Source: Thermoanaerobaculales bacterium (lineage in GTDB: Bacteria > Acidobacteriota > Thermoanaerobaculia > Thermoanaerobaculales > Sulfomarinibacteraceae). Taken from it: DNA of 64,000 bases. Positions 54,636 to 63,889 of the stretch are shown here, one piece after another. Every line of letters begins with the position of its first letter. Position 1 is the first letter of the stretch. Below the pieces are notes generated by a model. The model was given only the letters and a program-made list of their open reading frames with translations, searched no databases and was not told where the DNA came from. Location of the stretch: NCBI GenBank assembly GCA_036351195.1, contig JAZBOQ010000143.1, positions 29,526 through 93,525 on the forward strand, written 5' to 3'. The position numbers were made by a program, and so were the translations under genes.

Positions 54636-57600
54636 ATGTCAACACTCGATACCGTTTCGGACCCCTTCGACGAGCTCCTCGAGGCCAACCCGGAGGCCGC
54701 CGCTGCCGAGCTCGCCCGACTCCTCGCCGCCGACACCGATACACGAGAGGCCGCCGACTCGCGCGCGGTTCAGCTCCTCGAGGACCGTCTCATGGGCGAC
54801 GGTCTCCTCGAGCACGTCGACCTCCGTGTTCTCGAAGCGTTGACCCGCCGGGTCACGGATCGTCAGGATCCCGGCAACCTGCGGCCTGACGACGAGCGTC
54901 GATGGGAGGCCTGGTCCCTTCTCGACACGCTTCGGCGTTCCGCACTGCTGGTGCGTATTGCGGCTGCCGATGAGGTGGACCTCTGGGCGGACCTCATCCT
55001 CGATCTCGTCGAGGCCTCCAACTTCACCTTCGGTCCGCTCTTCGAGCAACGGGTCGCCGGTTACGGAGCACAGACCCTCTTCGAATCCGGCGGTAGCCGC
55101 ATCACCTGGCACCAGGCCGCCGGCCGGGTCGGTCTCATCGCCCGCGGACTCCTCGCCTTGACCGCCGAGGACGAGGGTCGGCCGGTGGCCATCCTCTCGG
55201 AGAACTCCCTGGAGATGGCGCTCACCGACCTCGCCTGCCTCACCACGGGGATCGTCAACGTGATGATTCCGGCCACCGCCACCGACACCGAGGTCGGGTA
55301 CATCCTCGGCCACTCGAAGGCCGGAACCGTCATCGTCTCCGGCTCGACCCAGCTGAAGAAAGTGCATGCATGCCGCGCGCGGCTTCCTGAGCTCCGCCGC
55401 GTCGTCACCGTTTCGGCCGCCGACGCCGACGCCAACACCCTCGCCTTCGACGAGGTTCTCCGCCGCGCCACCGAGGTGAGCGCGGAGGAGGTCGGCCACC
55501 GCCGCGCCGCGGTGGCCATCGGCGACATGGCGACGGTCATGTACACCTCCGGCACCACGGGCCGGCCGAAGGGCATTCGATTCTCCCAGCGGAACATTGT
55601 CTTCAAGCGCTTCGCCCGCGCCCTGGCCCTGCCCGAGATCGGCGACGGCGACCGGTTGCTCTCCTACCTCCCTCTCTTCCACACCTTCGGCCGCTTTCTC
55701 GAGCTCTGCGGCAGCATCTTCTGGGGCGCTACCTACCGATTCGCCGAGAGTCCGAACATCGACAGCCTGGTCCGCGAGATGCGGGACTACCGCCCCACGG
55801 TCTTCATCAGCATTCCCATGAAGTGGATGCAGCTGCTCGATCTCATCCGCCGCGATGTCACGCTGGAGTCGGACCCCGACGACGTCATCGCACCCGTGGT
55901 GGAACGGATGACCGGCGGCGCCCTCCGATGGGGGCTTTCCGCCGCCGGCTATCTCGATCCCGAGGTCTTTCGTTTTTTCCAACGGTACGGCGTCGAGCTG
56001 ATGAGCGGCTTCGGCATGACCGAGGCCACCGGCGGCATCACCATGACCCAGCCGGGAGACTACTCGGAGGACTCCCTCGGGACGCCGCTGCCCGGCATCG
56101 AAGCCGCTCTGGCCGACGACGGCGAGCTCATCATGCGGGGACCCTACGTGATGATGGGGTACCTGGACGATCCCGAGGGACGTCCATCCTTCGACGACGA
56201 CGGCTGGTTTCACAGCGGCGATCTCATGGAGCAGAGCGCCGACGGGCACTTCCACATGGTGGACCGCAAGAAAGAGATCTACAAGAACGTCAAGGGTCAG
56301 ACCATCGCCCCCCAAAAAGTGGAGAATCTTTTTCGCGACTTCGACTCGGTGGCCAGAGTTTTCCTCGTGGGGGACCACCGGCCCTTCAACACCCTGTTGA
56401 TCTACCCGAATCACGAGTTCGAGGAGGAGGATCTTTCGGCTCTGGAACCGGAGGAGCTCAAGGCGCACTTTCGCTCACTGGTGGTCAGCGCCAACACCTT
56501 TCTCGCCCCCTTCGAGCGCATCTTGGACTTCGCGATCATCGACCGCGACTTCGACCCCGAACTGGGCGAGCTGACGCCCAAGGGGACCTATCGGCGCAAG
56601 GTCATCGAACGGAACTTCGCCGACTCCATCAAGCTGCTCTACCGCCGGACGACCATCACTGTGGGGAAAATGCCGGTCACCGTGCCCAACTGGCTCTTTC
56701 AGGCGATGGGCATCACCTCCCAGGAGCTCACGGTCGAGGGCGACGAGCTCAGTCTCGGCAGCGTCGGTGAACCGATCTCCATTCGGGCCATGGAAGACAG
56801 CGAGGTTCGAGTGGGATCGGTGCACTACCGACACAGCGAACGGGTACCGCTTCCCCTCGGGCTCATCCTCTCCACTCCCTCCCTGTGGCTCGGCAACGAC
56901 GAGGCGGTTCGCTTCGCGCCGCTGGACATGGAGCATCGCGACCGCCGGCGCCACCGACTCACGGGTCTCGAGTGGTTGCACCGGGACAGCACCCACCACG
57001 TCACCGACGAGGAGATCGCAGCCGCCACCGAAGCCCTGGCGAGCGACGAGATCGGGCTTCTGGAGCTTCACCTCGCCTCGCTTCTGCTCAACGCCGATCA
57101 CGCCGAGGCGGGCCGCACCGCCGTCCGAATCCTCGATCGGGTGTTGCAGCAGGGAGAAGGAGAGCTGACCGGAATCGTGCTCAAGCTCCTCCGCCACGCC
57201 GCCGCCGGCGCCCTCCCCGAGGTGGTTCGAGAGGCGTTTCTGGTTCTCATCTTCACCGAGCGTCCAGCGCAGTTCTCCGCCACCCTTCGCGCTTTCGTGG
57301 ACGCCGAACCAGAGCTCTTCGACGACGCCACCGCAGCGTCCCTCATCGAGCACGAGCTGCCGCCGGAGACCATCGGCGCTCTGGTGTCCGAAGCCGAGCG
57401 CCGGATGAGTGCCGGCGACCCCACCGCGGGCTCCATTTTAGGTTTTCTCGCCGAATACGGCGCCCTCCACCCGGCCCGCTACCGCCAGCTCCGCGCCTTC
57501 CTGACGCGCATGGCCGTAACCTCCGACGATCCTGGCGATGCCGATCGCGCCCGCCGGTCCCTGGAACGTCTCAACGACGGCTTTCGGACCTGGCTCGGGC

Positions 57601-59360
57601 CGCCGTCGCGAATCGCCATCGATCCTGAGACCGGCCTCGAGTACCGGTGGGACGACGTGGTCGGCTTCGATGATGAGGTGGACGACGAGGCGCGACGACG
57701 CATCATGGCTGCCATCAAGAGCACCACCCTCGTGCGCGAGGGGGTCTTTCTGTTTTCCCACGGCATTTCCGTCCGTTTGGACGACATTCTTCCCGGCGGG
57801 ATCTGGGTCCGCCATCTCGGATCCGGACACGGTAAGTCGGTCTTCCGGGTTGACATTCGCACCCGAAACCGAGGCCAGTACGATCTCGCCGTGAACCTCA
57901 ACCGAGATCTCGACGAGCGCGCCGTCACCGAGGAGATCGACTGGCTCGTGATCTGCGCCGAGGATCGTGACCTCGGCCCCCTTGTCGAGGACTACGGCGG
58001 CTACTGGCCAGAGCACGGACTCTGGTCCGAGGAGTTCATCCCCGGCGAGACCCTCGACCGAAGCATCCTGCGCCTCTCGCGCCCGGAGCCCGACCGGGAT
58101 CGGCTTGAGGCGCTGTGGCCCTTCGCCGCGTGGAGCGCCATGTCGGCCTACGTGGATTTCTGGAATCGAACCGGCCGTCGTCTGGTGGTTTCCAAACCCT
58201 CGCCCGGCAATGTCATCGTTCCCACTCACGACTACCACACCGGAGCGCGGCTGGTCTCCATCGCGGATCGCAGTCCGTTTGCCGGCCTGCCCGCCCTGCT
58301 CGAAAGCCTCCGTCGCGAGCTCATCTCACCGGTGGAGTCCGCCGTGCCACTCCTCGAAGGTGTGGTGGGGTGGGACGTGGTCTTCTCCTCCCTGCTCGAG
58401 ATCGTCGGTGAGCACGAGGGCCGCGAGCTCCTTTCAGGAGTTCTCGAGCACGCCTTGGCTGAAGGACGCGAGTACGCGGAAGAGCTGGCGAACTACCTCG
58501 AGGTGGTGGCGCTCCGGGGCTTCCTCCCCCGCCGGCTGTTCTTCGCCGCCAAGCGATTCCGCACCTGGGACCGTCTCGCTCCGGATGCGACCCACACCGT
58601 GCGGGCGCGGACGCTGCGGGAGCTCTATGAGACATACCGTCTGGAAGATCTCCGAGGAACCTATCCCGAGAGCCGGGCACGCTTCTTCCGCGAAACCGTC
58701 CTCCGCGACGCCCCCGACACTCTGGCGGCGGGCCTTGAAGAGATCATCACCGGGTTGCGTCGGGGCGATCTTCCGGTGGAGGAGCTGAGCTCGGCGGTGG
58801 CCGACCTCAGAGCCCACCTCGACCTCCCCGCCGAGTACGACTTCTTCCTCGCTCGGCTCTCCTACCCCTACCTCAGGCCCGAGACGGACGCGGTCTACGT
58901 CGACGCGATCAGCAGCGGCGTACAACGAAGCGAGATGGTGGTCACCTTCGAGGATCCGGACGGCCACCCCTACCGAATCCGCCACGCGCTGAATCCCAAA
59001 GAGATCGCTCGACTCCACCGGCTGTCATTGGCCGCCCGGCTGCCGGTTCAGTTTCGACCGGAGCACCGATTCCTGGTCGCCGTCTCGGACCGAGGCCACC
59101 TCCTCGGCGGTCTCTACTACGAGGTCGAGACCGAGGCGCAGACTGCGCACATGGACAAGGTCGTCGTGGCCGAGAGCGCCCGCGGCAAGGGCGTCGCCAG
59201 CAACCTCCTCGAGGAGCTCTTCAACCGCCTTCGGGTGGAGGACTACCGCTGGTTGACCACCGGGTTCTTCCGGCCCCAGTTCTTCTACCGGTTCGGCTTC
59301 AAGGTCGAGAGGCGGTACGCTGGTCTGGTTCGATCGCTGGAACACGAGGACGGAGAGTAA
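54636..59360 (+). CDS. 1574-aa fusion: AMP-forming long-chain acyl-CoA ligase-like domain, long unknown middle region, C-terminal GNAT acyltransferase
   Basis: ORF 54636..59360. Adenylation motifs YTSGTTGRPKG, GFGMTEATGG, WFHSGD and LTPKGTYRRK. C-terminal GNAT motif A (VVAESARGKGVASNLLEELFNRL). Confidence 0.85.
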   Translation: MSTLDTVSDPFDELLEANPEAAAAELARLLAADTDTREAADSRAVQLLEDRLMGDGLLEHVDLRVLEALTRRVTDRQDPGNLRPDDERRWEAWSLLDTLRRSALLVRIAAADEVDLWADLILDLVEASNFTFGPLFEQRVAGYGAQTLFESGGSRITWHQAAGRVGLIARGLLALTAEDEGRPVAILSENSLEMALTDLACLTTGIVNVMIPATATDTEVGYILGHSKAGTVIVSGSTQLKKVHACRARLPELRRVVTVSAADADANTLAFDEVLRRATEVSAEEVGHRRAAVAIGDMATVMYTSGTTGRPKGIRFSQRNIVFKRFARALALPEIGDGDRLLSYLPLFHTFGRFLELCGSIFWGATYRFAESPNIDSLVREMRDYRPTVFISIPMKWMQLLDLIRRDVTLESDPDDVIAPVVERMTGGALRWGLSAAGYLDPEVFRFFQRYGVELMSGFGMTEATGGITMTQPGDYSEDSLGTPLPGIEAALADDGELIMRGPYVMMGYLDDPEGRPSFDDDGWFHSGDLMEQSADGHFHMVDRKKEIYKNVKGQTIAPQKVENLFRDFDSVARVFLVGDHRPFNTLLIYPNHEFEEEDLSALEPEELKAHFRSLVVSANTFLAPFERILDFAIIDRDFDPELGELTPKGTYRRKVIERNFADSIKLLYRRTTITVGKMPVTVPNWLFQAMGITSQELTVEGDELSLGSVGEPISIRAMEDSEVRVGSVHYRHSERVPLPLGLILSTPSLWLGNDEAVRFAPLDMEHRDRRRHRLTGLEWLHRDSTHHVTDEEIAAATEALASDEIGLLELHLASLLLNADHAEAGRTAVRILDRVLQQGEGELTGIVLKLLRHAAAGALPEVVREAFLVLIFTERPAQFSATLRAFVDAEPELFDDATAASLIEHELPPETIGALVSEAERRMSAGDPTAGSILGFLAEYGALHPARYRQLRAFLTRMAVTSDDPGDADRARRSLERLNDGFRTWLGPPSRIAIDPETGLEYRWDDVVGFDDEVDDEARRRIMAAIKSTTLVREGVFLFSHGISVRLDDILPGGIWVRHLGSGHGKSVFRVDIRTRNRGQYDLAVNLNRDLDERAVTEEIDWLVICAEDRDLGPLVEDYGGYWPEHGLWSEEFIPGETLDRSILRLSRPEPDRDRLEALWPFAAWSAMSAYVDFWNRTGRRLVVSKPSPGNVIVPTHDYHTGARLVSIADRSPFAGLPALLESLRRELISPVESAVPLLEGVVGWDVVFSSLLEIVGEHEGRELLSGVLEHALAEGREYAEELANYLEVVALRGFLPRRLFFAAKRFRTWDRLAPDATHTVRARTLRELYETYRLEDLRGTYPESRARFFRETVLRDAPDTLAAGLEEIITGLRRGDLPVEELSSAVADLRAHLDLPAEYDFFLARLSYPYLRPETDAVYVDAISSGVQRSEMVVTFEDPDGHPYRIRHALNPKEIARLHRLSLAARLPVQFRPEHRFLVAVSDRGHLLGGLYYEVETEAQTAHMDKVVVAESARGKGVASNLLEELFNRLRVEDYRWLTTGFFRPQFFYRFGFKVERRYAGLVRSLEHEDGE

Positions 59361-59361
59361 C

Positions 59362-60264
59362 GTGAAGAGAACGCTGCTGACTCGGTCATCGCTGGTTTTC
59401 GACAGTCTCGAGGCGAGGTGGGAGACCCTTTCCACCCAGCGCTGGGTCGCATCCGTGCTCACCTTCGTCTTTCTCGTCGGGATGCTCATCATTGAAGCCA
59501 ACCGCCGTGGCTGGTTTCCCCGAGGCCTCTCCGAACACATCCCGTACAAGCATTTCGACGCTATCCTGTGGGCCTTCACCCTGCTGCTGCTGGCCGAGGT
59601 GGTATCGCTGATTTTCGCGTTGGCGAAATCGGTGGCGACCGCCGTCGGCAAGCAGCTCGAGATCATGTCGCTGATCCTGGTCCGGCAGTCGTTCAAGGAG
59701 TTGACCACGTTCTCCGAGCCCATCGAGTGGTCCGACACGGTTCAGAAACAAGTGCTCTATATCCTCTCGGACGCCTTCGGGGCGTTGGTCATCTTCGCGC
59801 TGCTGGTGCTCTTCACGCGTCTCCAGCGCCACCAGCCGATCAGCAACGACGATGCCGAGCGCACGAGCTTCATTGCCGCCAAGAAGCTCGTGTCCCTGCT
59901 GCTCCTGGCGAGTCTGGCGGTGATCGGCCTCCATGTCGTCCTGAGCTGGCATGGTGGCATCATTCCGGGAACCCTGTTCAACGCCTTCTCAGACGACTTC
60001 TTCGAGATCTTCTACACCTTGCTCATCTTCGCCGACGTCCTGCTGGTCCTCATCTCCATGCGGTACACCATCGCCTACACCATCGTCTTTCGCTACTTCG
60101 GCTTTGCGGTGGCCACCGTCCTCATCCGACTCGCCCTGACCGCCCCGCGCTTCATCGACGCCGGGCTCGGCATCACCGCCGCCCTCTTCGCCGTCGGTCT
60201 GACCTGGATCTTCAACCTCGGCGCGGCCGCCTCCGAAGCGCCGGAACACCACGGCAGCGGCTGA
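59362..60264 (+). CDS. polytopic integral membrane protein, unknown function
   Basis: GTG 59362 lies 1 nt after the TAA of the giant gene and is preceded by AGGACGGAGAG. About 7-8 hydrophobic spans. Confidence 0.65.
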   Translation: MKRTLLTRSSLVFDSLEARWETLSTQRWVASVLTFVFLVGMLIIEANRRGWFPRGLSEHIPYKHFDAILWAFTLLLLAEVVSLIFALAKSVATAVGKQLEIMSLILVRQSFKELTTFSEPIEWSDTVQKQVLYILSDAFGALVIFALLVLFTRLQRHQPISNDDAERTSFIAAKKLVSLLLLASLAVIGLHVVLSWHGGIIPGTLFNAFSDDFFEIFYTLLIFADVLLVLISMRYTIAYTIVFRYFGFAVATVLIRLALTAPRFIDAGLGITAALFAVGLTWIFNLGAAASEAPEHHGSG

Positions 60265-60300
60265 GGAAAAGGTTCCACCGCCACGACGCAAAGGCCGCAC

Positions 60301-60403
60301 CGCAACGCATTCATCCCGGAAACCGCAGATCGCGCAGATCGGCGCAGATCCATCGCACCACCCAACACCAACGCGGGTCTCTGCGGTTCGGTCGTGCATT
60401 GCC
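60301..60403. repeat. palindromic intergenic element related to the 6.4 kb copy, containing CGCAGATC x3
   Basis: CGCAGATC at 60324, 60333 and 60343. AACCGCAGA (60321-60329) is complementary to TCTGCGGTT (60380-60388). GTCTCTGCGGTTCG is identical to 6495-6508. Confidence 0.5.
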
Positions 60404-60497
60404 GGACGGATCACGGCGGATAGCCCGAAATTCGTGGGATGCGGCGTCGGATATCTCACGTCAGAGGTGGCGACGTCGCGAGTCACCCACGAAAAAG

Positions 60498-60530
60498 AGA
60501 CACGCCCCGCGGGGGGCGTGTTCGTTCTCG
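60498..60530 (-). terminator. intrinsic terminator of the multihaem cytochrome gene
   Basis: Minus-strand sense CACGCCCC-CCGC-GGGGCGTG followed by TCTCTTTTT, 15-45 nt after the stop at 60545. Confidence 0.7.
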
Positions 60531-60544
60531 TTGACCCGTCAGGT

Positions 60545-63500
60545 CTATCGGTAGCCGAAGACCATGGTGTAGACGATCAGGAAGATCAGCGTGAGCCCGA
60601 TCCCGAGAGCGGTGAAACCGATGATCTTGGCCGCCTTATCAATCCAGGGCTTGGCTGGGCCCTTGACCCGTCCACCGAAGTCTTCCCCACGCCGCCCGTG
60701 GAAGAACTCCTCGTACTCGCGCGGTTTGTCGTGCTTGAGCTCATCCAATGGAACACGGCCGGTGAAAATCACCGGGTCCATGGGGAACTTGTCGGGCCGG
60801 AAGTGGGTGTTGAAGAAGTGGATGGTGAAGATGAACCCCACCGCCAGGAGCGCCTCGTCCGAGTGGACAATGGTCGCGACGTTGACCGACCAGCCGGGCA
60901 GGAACCGAGTGAAGAACTCGGGGAACCAGAGCACCAGGCCGGTGGAGCCGATGATGAAGTTGCCCCAGAAGACCGCGAAGTAGTCGAACTTCTCCCAGTA
61001 GGTGAAGCGGCCGTAGTGGGGACGCGGCCCGCGACCCAGGAACCACTTGGCGCTCTGCCAGAACTGCGTGATGTCCGTGAGGTTGAACATCAGCGAGTTG
61101 GGTCCGAAGATGAATCGGATCCAGCTGTCGCTCGACGCCCGTTTGATCTTGACGAGATCGACCAGGTGGTACGCGAAGAGGGTCAGCAGCGCGACGCCGG
61201 CGATGCGGTGGAGCGTGCCCATCGTGGCGTAGCCGCCGAGGATCTGCGTCAGGTAGTGCGCCCAGGTCATGAACGAGAACTTCAACGCCATTCCCGACAG
61301 TGCCAGCGTGAAGAAGCTCAGGATCATGATGAAGTGCATGATCCGCTGCTTCGAGGTAAAGCGGATGTAGAAACGGTCCTCCTTGTGCGCCTCTTCGCGG
61401 ATCGGCATCCACACCTCGCGGGTCCGCCACAGTCGGAAGAGCCACAGCAGGGTGTGGAGCAGGAAGAAGCTCAGCGTGCCGACGAGCAGAATGGTCATGA
61501 ACCAGAAGGAGTAGAAGAGAAACGGGTATTTGTCCTTGTCGTGGTGCGTGGCGTGGCTCAGGTATCCGGCGAACTGGAGGTGGGCCCGTGGGTGGCACTG
61601 ACCGCAGGTCTCCACGACGTGGATCTTGCTCAGCGACGAGTCCGGGTTGTCGGAGGGAAGGATGTTGTGCGTTCCGTGGCAGTCGTAGCACTTGGCAGCG
61701 CCTTCCGAACCGAGGTTGGTGACCTTGCCGTGATAAGTGTCGAAGAAGGTCTCCGCGAAGTCCTCGTGGCAGTGGCCGCACTGGTCCATCATCATGAACC
61801 GGAAGCCCTGGGCGTCGATGCGGCTGATCTCGTGCGAGGTGTGGCAGCTCTCGCAGGTCGGGAGCTCGTCGTTGGTCACCACATTGTCCTTATGGTGGAT
61901 GCTGGCGCGGAACTCTTCCTCGATGCCCTTGTGGCAGCTGCCGCACATGTCGAGCACGTTGTCCTGGTGAACCGTCGAGCGCGGGTCCTCCTGGGGCAGC
62001 GCCTTGTGTGCCGTGTGGCAGTCGACACAGCTGGCGGAGACCACGAGCCCGCTGCCCATGAGTCCGCGTCCGTGGGTACTTTCCAGGTAGCTGGCGACGA
62101 TGTCCCGATCATCGTCGAGGCGCGCCGCAGCCGGCGCTCCGGCGGCGTGGCAGCTGCCGCAGAGCTCGGGGACGTTTCGTGAGTAGGTCGGCGAGGTCGG
62201 CAGGCGATACCCGAGGGTCGCGTGGGAATCGCCGTGGCACGTGGCGCAGGTCGGCGCGTCGGGATCCCCTTCGGCCGCGAGCTCCCCGTGGCGGCTCAGT
62301 ACCTGCTCCTGCACCTGCTCCGCGTGACAGATGCTGCAGTCCACCGGTGTGGTGATGGTGGCGCAGGCCCGCTCCGGGTGATTCGGATTCACCTCGGTGT
62401 GGCACTGGGCGCAGGCGGTGCGCGAGTGCGACGACAGGCCAAAGGCCTGCTCGTCCACCCAGAGAGAGATCAGCTCACCATCCCGTTCGACCTCGAGCGC
62501 GGGATCCGCGTGGCACTCGAGACAGCTCTGGGACGTCGCCTCCTGATAGGTCACCGGCCGGCGCCGGATTTCGTGGGGTTGGTGGCACTCCACACAGGAC
62601 GGCACCTTGTGCGGCTCCTCTTCCCAGAGCCGCCCCTCGACGACCTTGACGTGGACTTCTTCGATGCGGGCGTGGCATTTCATGCAGGTCTGGGCCACGT
62701 TCGCACGATTGATGCTCGAGGCCGGGTTGTTGTGATCGAGAATGTTGTGCGCCGTGTGGCACGAGGTGCAGACCGCGGTAACGGTGAGGCCCTTGAGGAA
62801 CAGGCCCTCTCCGTGCACCGACATGGAGAAGTTCTCCAGAATGCGGTCCTGATCGATGTCGTGCTGGAGCGTGACCTCGGTGCCTTCGCGGTGGCACCGG
62901 CCGCAGAGCAGCGGAATGTGTTGGGTTGCCGTGGGCGAGGCCGGATCGTCGGCGGGTTTGATGTCGTGGTGGTCGTGACAGAAGATGCAGTTCGGCGCCG
63001 CAGGGTCGCCCTTGACGGCGGCGCGGCCGTGCAGGGAGCCGCGGTGCTGCTGCGCCACGTCTTGGTGGCAGTCGCCGCAGGCCTCGAGCTGGGCCAGCGG
63101 CTCGGTCGGGGCGGTGACGTTGTGGCCGTGGTGGCAGTCCGCGCAGCTCGCTGCGGGAGCGTCGCCGAGCATGCGGCCGTGCGGACTTCCCGACACCTCA
63201 CGCAGGTCCGAGGCGTGGCACCGTGCGCACAGGTCGTTGACTCGACTCCGGGCCGTCCTGGCCTCCGGATCGATGTCCGCTCGGACGTCGTGGACGCCGT
63301 GGCAGCTGGCACAGGCGACCGACGGCGACGACGGATCCGAGGCCCACTTACCGTGAGGGCCGATTGCCATGTCCTCGGCGACGTCGTCGTGGCACATGCC
63401 GCAGTCCACCGCTTCCAGCTCATCCTCATGGGGCAATTCGGCGCCGTCGAGGTCCATGTGGCAGTCAATGCAGGCGAAATCCGCATGGACCGATGCCGCG

Positions 63501-63691
63501 TAGGCGTCCGGATCGACGTACACGGAAATCTCGTTACCCGCCCGTTGCCCTTCGAGCTCGGGATCCTCGTGGCACATGAAGCAGTCGTCGTTCTCCTGCG
63601 CCCCCAGGGGTGCGGCCGCGACTGCGACCAACGCCGTGAGAAGCACGATCCAGATCTGCCAAGAGACCTCGCAGCCCTCGAAATGCCTCAT
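60545..63691 (-). CDS. 23-haem c-type cytochrome fused to a C-terminal cytochrome b-like membrane domain
   Basis: SD AAGGAG plus ATG 63691 and a signal/anchor segment WQIWIVLLTALVAVAAAPLGA. I count 23 CxxCH motifs. The C-terminal ~330 aa has about 6 TMs and conserved-looking His residues (RIMHFIMILSFF, TLHRIAGVALL, IVHSDEALLAVGFIFTIHFFNTHF). Confidence 0.9.
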   Translation of the reverse strand: MRHFEGCEVSWQIWIVLLTALVAVAAAPLGAQENDDCFMCHEDPELEGQRAGNEISVYVDPDAYAASVHADFACIDCHMDLDGAELPHEDELEAVDCGMCHDDVAEDMAIGPHGKWASDPSSPSVACASCHGVHDVRADIDPEARTARSRVNDLCARCHASDLREVSGSPHGRMLGDAPAASCADCHHGHNVTAPTEPLAQLEACGDCHQDVAQQHRGSLHGRAAVKGDPAAPNCIFCHDHHDIKPADDPASPTATQHIPLLCGRCHREGTEVTLQHDIDQDRILENFSMSVHGEGLFLKGLTVTAVCTSCHTAHNILDHNNPASSINRANVAQTCMKCHARIEEVHVKVVEGRLWEEEPHKVPSCVECHQPHEIRRRPVTYQEATSQSCLECHADPALEVERDGELISLWVDEQAFGLSSHSRTACAQCHTEVNPNHPERACATITTPVDCSICHAEQVQEQVLSRHGELAAEGDPDAPTCATCHGDSHATLGYRLPTSPTYSRNVPELCGSCHAAGAPAAARLDDDRDIVASYLESTHGRGLMGSGLVVSASCVDCHTAHKALPQEDPRSTVHQDNVLDMCGSCHKGIEEEFRASIHHKDNVVTNDELPTCESCHTSHEISRIDAQGFRFMMMDQCGHCHEDFAETFFDTYHGKVTNLGSEGAAKCYDCHGTHNILPSDNPDSSLSKIHVVETCGQCHPRAHLQFAGYLSHATHHDKDKYPFLFYSFWFMTILLVGTLSFFLLHTLLWLFRLWRTREVWMPIREEAHKEDRFYIRFTSKQRIMHFIMILSFFTLALSGMALKFSFMTWAHYLTQILGGYATMGTLHRIAGVALLTLFAYHLVDLVKIKRASSDSWIRFIFGPNSLMFNLTDITQFWQSAKWFLGRGPRPHYGRFTYWEKFDYFAVFWGNFIIGSTGLVLWFPEFFTRFLPGWSVNVATIVHSDEALLAVGFIFTIHFFNTHFRPDKFPMDPVIFTGRVPLDELKHDKPREYEEFFHGRRGEDFGGRVKGPAKPWIDKAAKIIGFTALGIGLTLIFLIVYTMVFGYR

Positions 63692-63889
63692 CACGTCTCC
63701 TTCCGGAGAAACAATATCGCTGAACAGTGAAATACTCAAGTCATCCACTCGCCCTTAAATTGCGTACTGATCTCAATTTACAAGCGCCTCCTTGTCAAAA
63801 CCGCCGCTTCGCCCGAGCTGTCTAAAAGGACCTTTTTCTGAATTGAACGCGGTGGTAAAGTAGCGCTTTACGAGAAAGAAACGGACACC

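Noticed and set aside
60324-60350. CGCAGATC x3 as a CRISPR or other array
   Set aside because: The units are 8 nt with 1-2 nt spacers and occur only three times, with no cas genes. This is a microrepeat inside a palindromic element.
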